Shown: positions 24,746 to 37,874 of the stretch, one piece after another | Position numbering within the stretch: position 1 is the stretch's first letter | How the letters are laid out: each line of letters starts with the position of its first letter | Made by a program: the position numbers and the translations under genes | The notes under the pieces: model-generated | What the model saw: only the letters and a program-made list of their open reading frames with translations | What the model was told of the DNA's origin: nothing | The model's database searches: none | Source: Tubiluchus corallicola | Taxonomy: Eukaryota; Animalia; Priapulida | DNA: 64,000 nucleotides | Assembly: GCA_030141605.1 (NCBI GenBank) | Contig: JAQGDQ010000106.1 | Location: 434,001 to 498,000 of the forward strand | Direction: 5' to 3'

Positions 24746-27700
24746 CTAATGTCTCTGGATTGACTCTTGCAACTCAGATGAATCACCATCTAAAACATCA
24801 ATAACTACAAGTGCCAAATCATTGTCTTCTTGATCCGCTACATCGCTAGCAGTATCATCAGAGCTGTCACTATCACTGTCACTATCAATCTCACTGGGAG
24901 GTAGGCTGTCGTCACTAATATCACTGTCAGTGGTGCTATTGTCACTGTCACTGGCATCTGTCAAACATTCGCGATCAATACGAATATTATCACGGATATC
25001 ATAATAAGCATGTTCAATATAAAAAGAGCTAATCAAGTCGGATGGGAGACTTTCCCACAGTTTTTCCAAAGAGTCCTTATCTGGAACCAAAGAGCAAAGT
25101 CTTCGAATGCAATGCTGCTTCAAGCCAGCTGATATTTTACCAAACATAAGCTGAACAAGGTTTTTCGGTGACACATCCTTATAAATAGGATTACGGTTCA
25201 CAAGAATTTTCAAGATGTCGATGTCAACATTGTCATTAAAGTGTCCTAAAAAGAAAATTCAGGAAATGCACAGACAAACCAGTGACTAGCCAGAGATAAT
25301 TCAGAAAAAAGAAAATCCTTAAAATATATTCAGGGCCATATTAAGATAAGAGGCCCTAAGTACTGAAAAGATTATTGTACTTCTACGTATGTGTAATTCA
25401 GAATAAAAACAATACTAATCTGTAAAATTAAATTCGAGCTTTTGAAATGAAAAAAACTTGTAACTTGCAGTAAGATTTATCCCCTGAGGCCCTAAGCATT
25501 TTCTAATTTTGCTTAATGATTAATCCAGGGCTGAATATGCTAATCACACAAAAGCCATTTTGCTAAGGCGCAGCTGCACTGAAAGTGTTATGCAAGTTTG
25601 AGCTGTTAGCTTAAAATAAAACTAGCAGTAAAAAGCATTTTCAACAGTATTGCTAAGTAGGCTGATTTTCAATACTAACCAACAAACTTTATTCAAAGGA
25701 ATAACAACTTTAATGAAAAGAACATCAGATAACTTAAGCTTTGGGGTATTTCCAGTGAAGTAGATAACTCAAAGTGTAACATTGCTCATTTAGGTACAAA
25801 ACCCAACTTACTACTTCCTAAACATTATAGTCAAACAAAATAACTAAACTGTAAAAATAAAACAACTTTGCAGCTCAGTTACCAACCTCAATAACAGTCA
25901 TCTTGACTAACATTTTTTGTTTTAAAAATAAGCTTGGCTGAATGTCAATCTGCCTGTTCAAGTCAAGTTTTTTGCATTAATCAGAAATTCGCTGTAAGTG
26001 AGAAATACATAAAATTTGTCTGTTCCGGGACAAAGCAAATGTAGAAAAAAGTGAGTACCGTTATCAACCAGAGATTGTATTCCTTCACGGGATCTAATTC
26101 CTTCCCAAAAAAAGTATGCCAGCAAAGGCGGAACTCGGCATACACTGTAATGTGAAAAACTATTGGATAACTGACAACAAACTTTATGAATAAATGTTGT
26201 ACTAAAGACATTAACAATATTCAACATTATTTTTCCAACAAGTTCTATTTCACCAAACACAAAAACACTAGCAGAAATACCCAGTGTATACCCAGTGCTA
26301 TTAGGTGTATTGAATTTGCTATTCATAAATGCTATGCTTTGTATTCAGCAGTTTTATGCCTACCAATCATTCTGCAATGGATGTGATATGCCTATATTCT
26401 GCACACTATAAAGCACCTAGCAATTTTCTTAGGCCTGCCAATCATGATTAGAGGATTGTGTTAACATTTTATAAATACATATGACTTCTACTGAATGAAT
26501 AAAATTTGTACATTTTGTAGCCAAAAAGCTACATAGCCTTTAAAATAAAATATATGTACTTTAAAATAAAAGTAACAGATGCTGCAGGTTGCCAGACAGG
26601 ACAAAAGCCCCTAGCAAAAACATAATGAGGCGCTTTAATCCCTTGAAAAAAAATCAAATTGAGGCACTTTGCAACAAATGAAATAGACAGTTTTGCACCA
26701 ATCCGAAAACACTGTGTTCACCGCATCTCAATAAAGACATGCAAACACATAATAAATACCTTACCTGCCTGAAAAGTCATGCTGAGGACTCACGAGTGTT
26801 ATGTAGATACATGACGATGTGTCTGCACCAAGGTCTAGTAAAAACTTCACACATTTTACAAATCCACCAGCAAGGAGGTCAAACATAGCTGTGCTGCGTG
26901 ATAATTCCTTAATCTGAAGAATACACACAAATATAATTTATGCTCCATTAGTAAAGAAAAGCATTACTTTCCGTAAGTACGCTCCTTAAGTAAAAAGACT
27001 GAATTTGAATTCTAATTATAAGAAGTTGAAGATACTCAAACTAATCAGTTATTGTTTTTGTTTTGTATTACAACAAATAAGGAAGGCTGAATGGATCATT
27101 AATATTTGTTGCCAGGACTGCCTGTGAGATTACACCAAAATGAGATTCTGTCTCAACATAGCGTGAACAGCTAATTCGGAATGATTTCAGTTCAGATTAA
27201 ATGCCGCAGTGTGAATCAGGACAAGTATAAGATGCTAACTTGGAATCTCTGGCATCACATGGTATTAACAAGATACCAGATATGGCAGGCATCTATAGTT
27301 AGTGATAAAGGTGTCTGAGAGAAATCATAAAAGTCTGAGAATGTTAAATAGCAGCAGAAACAATGGGTCACTAAAATATTTTGATCACTTGAGTACCCAA
27401 AAAGGACATGCAGCTTTAAATGATTAAAACCTACGTACACTAAAGGACGGCTGTTCAGTGATGGTACGAATACGTTCCAAAACTTCATTTTCATCATAGT
27501 GTTCTGGATAAAACATAATCCATCGGCACATGAAAGCCAATGGTGTGTAGCCATTACTGTTCTTAGTATTAACGTTTGCTCCAGCATCACATAAACACTT
27601 AATGACATCACAGTCTGAATAGCGCAGTGACAAAACTGTATGTAAAGGGGTGTTTTTGTCAGTTCTCAGGTCCACTACATTAACATTGCCTCCAACACCT

Positions 27701-30700
27701 GCAAAATAGCAACACAGTTATAATTAGCAAAAAATGGTTACCTAGAAAAATTTACTGAGAAAGAAAGTGGAAAAGAAACAAGTTGGTAGACAAGTAAGTT
27801 GCTACCAATGGTAACAATAAAAAATATTTATATAAAAAAAGTTGTAATACGTAAAATTAGTCAGGCAGAAAAATAGATAAGTGGTTTGTTACAACTGAAT
27901 AAAATTACTCTAATATAGAGAATAAACATGATACGCACTACACAGGCATCAAATAAAATGGTAGAAACCAACTAAGAAGCTAATTAATTTCTCACAAAGT
28001 AAAAGATTTGAGAAATGCATGCCTGCAAGAGAAACTGGTAGTCAAGCAAGTTTGAACAAAATTTTGCAATTAACCTGTTCACACATCACCAAATAGCCAA
28101 TGAAACATGCTGAAAAACTGCTAATTAAGTCATGTTTGAACTTGCAGTTCATGCTACTACATAAGTATGTTATAAATTAGCATACCTGGCAGATTAGAAA
28201 AAAATCAAAAATAAGTTAAAATTCTCATTATTATATAACTGTTGTCTAAGTTTTCTCAGTTAACTTAACTAGACAACTGAATAAATAAATGACATCCTAA
28301 GATTAAGACACCGGCCTAAGAAAATTCAAGATGTTGAACGATTAATTGTGTGTCATAAGTAAAAGAGTTTAGTTGACTTTCGTCCTCAGGCAGAGATATT
28401 CTAATAGCACAATATATGCATTTTAAATTCTAAAGTAAATCTCTTCGAATAATTGAATGTCAACCACTTCAAATATAGCATACAAATACACCCACCAAAT
28501 TAAAAAATAAATGAAGCATTTACAAAATCACGATTACACTTTCACTCTTAATTCAATGTAATCATCATAAATCCTGTCAATATGGTAACTTTGTTGCATG
28601 CTGTAAAAACCCACAAAACTTAATCACATTTCTTAACAACATGTTTACTAAAAAGTAATTTTTCTTTAAAAAATCCTTACAATATAGCTTTATTAAACGT
28701 ACCTATAACCATTTCTAGAAGCAAGAATAATTCATTGTATATGTCAGCTCTAGTCTTCAACTTAACATTCTGTAAGCCGATAACTGGATGCCAGCAAAGA
28801 CCTTGTTCATAATTTCTAAAACACGAAACTGCTAAACTTAACAACAACTATTACCAAAAGTAGTTGCAGGTGTCGTCATCGTCATCATTCATTCATGATC
28901 AAGCAGTGCTCATTTAGATAAAATTTAGTATGATGTATAGCCAAACAAATGGGCAGGGATGACAAAAAACATACGTTATCAAATCAGCCACCCCAGCTCT
29001 GTTTCATTTAAAAATTTATAAAATGTAGTGCTGATCACTTGATTAAACAGTATAATAAATATGTAGTATGTACGTACTTTTCATCTACATAACACTAAAC
29101 ATAGTAAATATCAACAACAAAGTCATTAGGGACAAAACTTGCATTTTAGACAAACAATTAAAAAAACGAACAAACAAATTTCACTAGCATTTTAAGTATG
29201 ACATTAATTTGTATACAACTTCGTGGATTTTACAAATATAATTAAAATTATGTAAACCAAAAATCCATGTAGAATAGAATAGGTAGTGTGGCTAACTATT
29301 ACAGCACAATGTTAGATTCTGCATCAGTTAGTGAAAACTCTATATTTACCTTACTTGGGGAAGCAAATAACATAAGTGTTGAACGACAGTCAAAGAACGG
29401 TAGTACATGTTTCCAATCTACATAAAAAATTACAACATATTATAAACATTTATCTTAAATTAGCCAGCAACAAAAGATATCATTAATTAGTTAGATTATG
29501 ATTGCCAGAGTTTTTAAACCATTGCGGTTTATTTTAACAATTATTACCCATTGCGGGTAATGAATTGTAGAAAGAAGACGTTCAAAAATTGTGGATTAGT
29601 CAGGACTTGAACCCGAGACCTTGTTTGCTACAAGGAGGAAATCTTCGGCTTGCTCTGTCATGTGGACTGGCAGCTACACAGTTTTTCAGCATCTCCTTTC
29701 TTTCTCCAAATCATTACACGAAATGGGTAATAATTGTTAAAATAAACTGCAATGGTTTAAAAACTCTGGCAGTCGCAGTCATAATCTAATTAATTAATAT
29801 TATAAGCATTACTGTTAACTTACTTGCAAATATTCAACACACATGTGAGAAAAGTGTTGTAATCAACCTCCCCACTGACATTTTAAGTAATTTTTGGTTT
29901 CTCGTTACTGACTGTAAATTTACATAAGGTGACACTGAGTAATATTATATAAAACTATCGTATTAACAAAAAGTACCAAACCAGGCCTCACAATGCCAAA
30001 TATATTGGGCCTAGTTTGCAAGCTATATCAAGTAGGTAAGCACATAAGAAAACAGTGAATCTAGAGACATGTAGACAGCTGTAGTTAACATTGCATGAGT
30101 TTCCTCATCTACCATTTATACATTAACAAGGTGCTTTTATTCACACACCTGTCATTAAGCAGGTATAATGCAAAGTGTTTGTACAAGTAGAAAGTGAACA
30201 CTTCTTTTTTATATAGTTTGGCAAGTCATGATCCAGTCTCTAGAGCAGATGGAACTGCCAGGAAGCAGTTTTTGCCAATCATCTATTTACTGACAAGGCT
30301 TAGTGTGGCTTAACTTTGTTTGCTAAGCAGCAAGATACATATTTCCTTTTCTGTACAGCAGCACACAGTGGATAAAAAACAGAAGCAACATTACAAATGA
30401 GGTTTACTTACCACAGGACAGATTCTGTTCACATCTGCACCTCGTTCTATTAGTAATCTTACTAAATATAGATTCAGTGTAAAACTTTTGGGTAATAGCC
30501 TTTGTATTTCATAATCCTCTGCTGTCCGTAACAATATGTTTAATGGTATCCTGTCATATGCACCTTAAACAGTTTAATCAGAAAACGCAGAATAAAAATA
30601 TGCACAATAAAATTTTCATGCCATTCAACTATTTTAGAACAAATAACTTTTAAAGCTTTCTATTTTCAACTAAGTAACTATAGCTAACTGTTTTTGAAAA

Positions 30701-31194
30701 GGAAGGTGCTAGTACATTTAGTTATAGAATTTTTCTTCTTGTAGTTGCAGCAAACAGCAGTGCAACATTATTGTCAACATTTTAAGACATAATGATGTAC
30801 AGAGCTTGCGCAGTTAAATAATTCAGTGAATGTGGTGCAGTTCAAATTCTAAGAATTGTTAAAAACTATAAAGGTTGCATAACTGAAATAATTTTGCAAA
30901 AATGGCACAGTTATAAGTTTTTGATTGCTGGTGATTAGCATTTAAAAATAAATAATATTGAAGTTTCATGGAGCAGACACAATTTTGGGAACATTAATCA
31001 AATGCAATAGCAGTAACAAGTATCAGGTTATGTTTTGATTAAAATAATACAGATAGAAATAAACCTTCATTAAAATATGCTGCGTCATTAGTGTTCAATA
31101 TAATATGCTCAGCATTTTCCCATTCTTGATTCTCTAGTGCGGTCGTTAATGGTGTTTCATTCATGCCAAATTCTACATGAAATACATCTGCCAT
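24746..31194 (-). CDS. Ankyrin-repeat protein with SOCS-box-like segment and acidic Ser/Asp tail (~468 aa)
   Basis: Eight phase-consistent exons: 31194-31065, 30563-30412, 29417-29355, 28769-28703, 27698-27439, 26913-26765, 26144-26059, 25245-24746. Ankyrin motifs ETPLTTAL, LVRLLIERGADVN, NTPLHTVL..CLCDAGANVNTKNSNGYTPL and VKFLLDLGAD. BC/Cul-box-like GLKQHCIRRL...LPSDL. Confidence 0.82.
25331..25533. mobile_element. hAT-like MITE
   Basis: Degenerate TIR CAGGGCCATATTAA / TTAATCCAGGGCTG, repeated internal gaggccctaag, and 8-bp flanks aatatatt / aatatgct. Confidence 0.7.
29482..29798. mobile_element. Long-TIR (~80 bp) MITE with tRNA-like core
   Basis: The arm attaattagttagattatga...tgccagagtttttaaaccattgc..tttattttaacaattattacccatt is mirrored at ~29711-29798. 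B-box GGTTCAAGTCC on the minus strand at 29603-29613. Confidence 0.85.
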
Positions 31195-32734
31195 TTTCTA
31201 AATAATAAATAAAAACTTATGCAATCACAATAACAACATTTTAACAATTTTGCATTTTCTACGGTTCTATCTATAGTCAATAACATAAATATCAAAGTTC
31301 ATATTGAATAAGTTAAGCAGATGTGTGTCCAGCCTGTCATTAGTTTGTATAATTTGCTTCATTCAGAGCAAACATTTAATATAAATTTCTAGCACACTGC
31401 AAACAGTAAGGCATGGATACTACTCACTTGATTATTTCATCCAGGTCACTCAAGCTTTCAGAATTTAACCATACATATGGGGTATTCTTCTAGGGAAAAA
31501 ATGCAGGCATATATGGCCTTAATTGAATCTACATACTTATTTTTTTCCGTATTATTTAATACATAAAAAGTGATATAAGACTACTGTTTTACCAAAGGTG
31601 CAGCCAAGTTTATTTAAGCTCACTTTCAGTCTTTCACTATATTACTAGACAAGAAAATTGATAAGTCGAAAATGTTTGTAGAAACGCTCAACATTGTGCA
31701 GAATAATTCTTTTTATTTTATGACAGGAGTGGTTGACTTGGTGACACTTGGTCTTCTCACCATCCCAACTCCCTTTGTACATCATATTATTATTAATTTT
31801 GTTCTCATTTGTTTTTGTAGCAAAAGGAGACTAATAATAATGTATCCTATTCAACAGTACTTCTTTTCTACCTATTGAAAAATCATGTTGATTATGTGAA
31901 TTTATAATCATAATATAATAAACTTGCTTCTAATAAAACACTATTATGCTGTACATTTTTCTGTTTAAAAAATTTTCTCTTTGACTGAAACCATGATCAC
32001 CGACACAAACATGATGTGTAATGTACGGATTCAAACTGATACTTGTCCATTTAATATTAGATGCAACAACCCTACATTTTCGTTGATATTTCATTAAACT
32101 GTCATCTTATACTTTTATTCCACACTATACTATTGTTTTTTGAGGGAGACGATTCCACCCTATATTATTTATCCGCCTATACTGTTACTTGGAATTCAAC
32201 AACGAGGTTGCAGAGAACAGTATTAGCCTGCCGCTAACAAACTACACTATTTGTATAAAGTTTTTGTCTTTTTTGATCTTTACGTGAATTTAATGCACTC
32301 TAACGAAAGTGTTACACAGATGAAGTTCAACTGATTTCACCTGGAACTTTCACTAAAAGCTATGGTCTATTATCGTCCAAGTAATGCAATAGCTTGACAT
32401 AACATAAGCCAATTTAAAACTTCAATAAGAATGGGGCGCTTAATGTCGTTACTAAAACATTAATGATACCGTATAGATTTAATGGTTCAAGTTCACTGAT
32501 GTTTGGAAAACGGATAAATTACCAAAGTTTCTTGGTTGCCACACTAGTTCCAGAGTCAAAAATTCGTTATAAGTGTTGATGTCTGTTGCTTCAGCAGCAA
32601 GAAGACCATTAAAAGAGGTAAATTCATTCTCGACAACTGAATTTCATAAAAATTACTTTCCTAAAACCCACGTGCACTGTTTGTTTTTAATGACGACATG
32701 TCTAAAAATAGGAACTGACATACGGGTATTTCGC

Positions 32735-32775
32735 ATTGACGCATGCGCATTATTAATGATGACTTCCATCTTGTC
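32735..32775. promoter_or_regulatory. Candidate bidirectional promoter (NRF1-like and YY1-like motifs)
   Basis: ACGCATGCGCA (32739-49) and CCATCTT (32766-72) lie in a locally CpG-richer patch between the divergent ankyrin and PPM1 genes. A minus-strand donor (ttac) at ~32519-22 suggests a 5' UTR exon. Confidence 0.45.
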
Positions 32776-33736
32776 AAAAATGGGCAATGTTTGCTGAGTT
32801 TATAAGGCCTACAATTTAAAAGCTGAAACACGAAATCAGCTTGCCAATGAAATGTGCGTTTGTAAATTTATTTATTCACAAAATAAGTGTTGCATGTATT
32901 GCAAGTTTTGGTTGACGAAGATGCGTTTGCATTATAAACATTGTTTGATTATTTGCGAGCGAAATCATGATTTAGTCCTAGGTTACTTGAGCTGTGCGCG
33001 TGTTAATGGCTTTACTGAATTTCTATGAAGTATTTAGGTACATACTCTTTTGCACGAGGCTATTGAGAAAATAACAGCCTTACGCAAAATTGTGTTGTAC
33101 TCAAATTGTAATGTACTATATTAACATTACCGTCGCATGATAGAGGTTAAGCTGATAAATAGCTAATAAACCTCTAATCTTTGAGTTCTATATTGATGTC
33201 TCAAAAAAAAAACAGCGGCACTCCATGATCCTGGACTGTGTCGCAAAACATTTTGCTGCCATCGAAACAGTCTAGGATCGATAAACTTTTTTGGGTTGTG
33301 CTGCCAAGATAGATTTAATCGGGACTAAAACGGGGAAGGGTTAGCGGCATTGATTATATTTTCCGGTAATTTATTCTATTCGTCATCCACCCGCATCGAA
33401 AGAATCTCTAGGAGTCTACAGCGTCTCATTGGCCTTCCTGTTAAAGCTGAGGCCTAGAATTCTAACAACGTATTAGGTGTCCAATCAAATTGCAATGAAA
33501 GTTATGTAGTCACTGAATTAAACTTGGTTAAATGGCAGTTCAGAGTGAGCTTGTTGATTAATTACAAAGTATCCGTACTAATTGCGTGAATATTATTGAT
33601 TAGGTGTTTTAACATGCCAAAAGCGCCCCAATGTTCACAGGCTGTAAACCAACTAAACTGCAGTGTCCCTTAATTTCCCCCCATAAAATGGATGTTTTAC
33701 TTTAATAACTTTTACTTTGCTACCCTTTCGCTAATC

Positions 33737-34222
33737 AACACTATATATACTACACTCATATCTCGGTTTGCTGGGCAAAAACGGGGAGGTGTCTGAATTT
33801 GCCCATTGTCCATATTTTCTAATAATAAGCTAATACAGTAGGCGCCGTGTATGAGACTGACGGTAATGTAGAATCAGTTGCCTAATTGTCTCAAAAACGT
33901 CTATTACGGGCTGCTCCTATGCAAAAGTATATAAAAATTGTCGGCAGTGGATTCAAATAGCTCTGCGTAATTGACTATATTTTTTATGCACATGCTTAAA
34001 TAATATACTTTTGCATGGCTACACATGAGTCGTTAAATGCTGCTTGGTTACACTGTTGTAATGATGTAAACAAAGTGACGGCTCGCCAATTAGCAATTAG
34101 CTCGCGAAACAACAGACTGTGTCCGTAGTATGCGAGACTTTTTAAAGGTCGAGATTTTGTCCAATTCTTCTGATATCTGTAGAAGTGAGGCCTGGCAAAC
34201 CTACATATGAGTGTATAGTGTT
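33737..34222. mobile_element. MITE with ~30-bp imperfect TIRs
   Basis: aacacta...tacactcatatctcggtttgctgggc pairs with gcctggcaaacctacatatgagtgtatagtgtt. Confidence 0.7.
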
Positions 34223-36789
34223 AATTTTGTAAATTATTCATCATCATGCCTTTTTTATTTTTATTAAGTAATGACATTGCTTTTTGTATTGAGTATACTG
34301 TAATGAGGCTATAAATAAATTACTTACTTACTAAATTAAGTTCAGCTGATTTTATTTCAGTAGTGTAGCTGGAACTGTTTATTTTATATTCAAATTTTGG
34401 TTTGCTTATTACAAAATTCTGGTTTATCGAGAATCAGTGAAATGCAATAACAGGCATAGGGCTGTCACATTTATTAAATTTGTTAAACATTGATGTGATG
34501 CTTATTAGAAATGCACTGATTTAGTTGTTTTTGTGTATATCGGGCATTCTCCTATTAATCAGCTATTGGCCTATTATGTGTCTATAATAATAATATACGT
34601 AATGTCAGAAATGCTTCACAAAGAAGCCTGTTAAAAATATAATAATTAAACAAATGAAAATGTGTGAACCTTTTTACAGCTTGCGTTACGTTACGACAGT
34701 AAATCCATAAAATACTCATTGGCAAGTCACAGGTGACGGCGGCAGGAGAAATTTTTCTTTTTCACAAACAGCACCTCAAGGTGTCCCACAAGTGGGTAAT
34801 ACATCTTTGTCCGTCTAATGACCCGGGTAATATTTTGTTATCGCACACTGGGAATTTTATTTTTTTGTACGTTCATATACTTACCTGACACAGTCACAGT
34901 TAAAAAATATTTTTTTTAATTTAAAATGCAATAATTATTATAAGATCAGGCGAGGACGCAGCCATGCTTTTCTATAGCTGACTCTTGGCTAGAGTTGAGG
35001 GTTGCCGTTTTATATGATGCTGTTTATTGTTTTGGAGGCTAAATCGTATTTTTTGCCAAATTAGCATATTAACGACTGAGTAGCGTTGCCATTTATATCG
35101 TGATTATCAGAACATACATTCATATCCTTACAATAAAGGAATTATACGATAATCGATAATTATGTATACAATCATTTAGTAATGTGAAACAAAAAACTAA
35201 AAAAACGAAGCATGAAAGAAATGTGCATTGTTTTTAAAAAAATGAAACCATTACTGCTGATCAGTGTGAAATAAACAAACTTATTTCAACTGATTTTAAA
35301 TACGTAATGATCAGCTTTAAACATTCACAAAGCTTTAAAAAAAATTTGAAAAAATTTTCTTCTGTTCCTTTTCACATTTTTAGAGCTCATGAGATAAGAG
35401 CCATCATAAAACAAAAACATTTTTTGTGACCGGTGTCTGCTATCTGTTAATGTGTTTCACCTTTATTTTTTTTAAGTTATAAGTAATTATTAAGCATGGT
35501 AAATAATTATTAAACATTAAACATACAAAGTAAAGTAAACAAAAAAGAGAACAACATAAAACAGTTATATTATTGGCATCTACTCAAAATCAAGTTTTAA
35601 TAATGAATTTTAATTTATTTACATTTTACGGAAACTTGAACACAAAAACAGAATGGTCTACCAATTTTTCAAGTAATCGGTGAATTAATCTCTTGTTGGC
35701 TTGCTAGTCTGTTACCGGCTAGTCGATATTGGTGCATCTCTAATGTTCACTAAACGAAATTATTTGGTTTACACGGTGTAGCAATATGCATATATATAAG
35801 TGAGTATGTGTGTGGATGATGAATATGAATTGTCACCTTATGCAACATTACCCTTTGTCATGCAATATCACCTTTTATCTGTATAATCTAGCTTTGGAAT
35901 TCACTTTCTAGATGGCAGATGTATTAATTAACTAAATTATTTGTTTTGTTTTTTGGTATTACATTCAAGTCTGAAAAATCGACTTCAAATAGTTAATGTT
36001 GCATGTGACATGTGACAGTGTTTTAAATATTGTAGTACAAGCTTTGTGTAGCGAACACAGAGCTTGTACTACAATTTGCAGTCATAACCTTATGTTATAG
36101 ACTAATATCTAGCTATTAAAACTGCTAAGGGTTAGGAAGGAATTTTGATGTAAAATTTTGCCAAGTTTATGTGCCTTGCAATGTTAAGAAAGTCAGATAG
36201 GTAGTCCGCTGCTTTGGCATGCTCGCCGTAGTGTGGTTGTATTTAACATGTATTACTTGAAACTTATGAAACATTTAGACAAATTTTCTCACCTCTTGGT
36301 GTATTTTGTGACAACTAACGGTTAGATTAGGAAAGTGATCGATGGTCAGCTGGTCATTAATCATCCAGTGACACCCTTGGAAGAGCGAAACAGCAGTCTG
36401 TTTACCAACAATCTGGAATGTTCAAAGCTACTAGTTTGTCTACTAGTTTAACCCTTCTTTCTCAGGATGATTCTCTTGTTAAAGAAAACAAAGTTTATCA
36501 GCTATTTTTAGGTCATGTCAGAAGCAAGGAGAAGTGAACTGCTTATTGTTTACAGAAATAATAAATGTTTATCTAGAGTGACTAAACTAAACATTACAGT
36601 TTACATACACATAAATGTGGCAGCCCTAAATAAGCGTGAGTAATAAAGTGTTGCACCAACTTAAAATAACAGGCTTTGGAGTTTGGCACTGATATGTTTG
36701 AGATAATATGCAAACTACCATGTGTGTGTAATCTTTTAAAAGTTAATTTAGTGGTTTCGCTCTTTCAAATTGTGATGCACTTGCAGTTT

Positions 36790-37874
36790 TGGTACATAAC
36801 TTTTGGTCATAGGACATTTGGGTGCAGGACTTTTGGGCACGAGACATTTGGGCGCCAGTAAAATTTAATGTTCTTCCTATTTTTTATTTTTGTTCAACTT
36901 ATTAAATTTTTTGTGATTCCCCATCTTCCTGCCTCTCGCTATATATTATCTCTCAACTCAGTGTACCACTTGTGTATGAATAAAGATATTATGCATAACT
37001 ATATTATGCAAGATATTACGATTTAAGATTAGTTTGCTAAATTTGACATAATTGTATAGTAACATCTAATAACTATTAAAACCAGTCAATTGACTTTACA
37101 CTTTCTGGTTTTCCACTTTTATTGTTTATACAGTGAATCAAGCAGGAGAAGACACGGCAGGTTTAGATTAGCAATTTATCAATATTATGACAACAATTTA
37201 GTTCAATAATATCTGATGCATCACAAAAACAGTAAGTAACAGAAAACTGTGTGACAAAAGATCTAACCACAGCAAAATTTAGCTTTTCTGTAGCAGTTCA
37301 ACTAATAGTATATTACAGTGTATCACAATTAACACTGCATTCTTTGAGGGCTATCTTGATGTGCTTTAGATGAAACAGACGTGTAATGTATTGCTTATAC
37401 TAACCACCCACTTGAAATCAACCAGATCAATTAATGCGCCAAATACTTAGTGCATGGTTGTCGACTTCAAGATTTTAACAAGTATAATTGTAAGTTTTTT
37501 CCATATTTCCTGCGAAATGTGTGATACATGTAATTTATGCATTCAGAAGCTCAGCATTACTTTTACACGTGCTATGTGGATTATAGCTGCTTCCAGTTTT
37601 TATTACACAATCATATTCAGAATAATAATCATTTGTTTTCTTACGAAAACCTTAATTGTTAACATGGAAATGCAGTGAACGAGGATTACCACAACTTTAT
37701 CTTACTATAGGCAGCATGATCTACAGCGGTGTACAGAAATAATGTCACGGTGTTCTTGCGTGATTGAGTCATATAGCAGAGGATTGTGCGTCGGCACTAG
37801 CGCCTAAATGTCTCACGCCCAGCGAGCCAGTGCCCAAATGGCCATGCCCAATTTCTCGCGCCCGAATGTTCCCG
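36790..37874. mobile_element. Non-autonomous TIR element with ~15-bp subterminal repeats, copy B (inverted relative to copy A)
   Basis: ggacatttgggtgc/agacatttgggcgc repeats at the left end; gcgcctaaatgtct...gcccgaatgttcccg at the right end; 6-bp flanking duplication CAGTTT at 36784-89 and 37875-80. Confidence 0.8.

Noticed and set aside
26765-26770. GC-AG donor needed to keep the ankyrin gene in frame
   Set aside because: Unnecessary once the 86-nt exon 26144-26059 is included.
29570-29700. Functional tRNA gene
   Set aside because: Only the T-arm is recognisable; there is no acceptor stem or proper D-arm, and it is embedded in TIRs.
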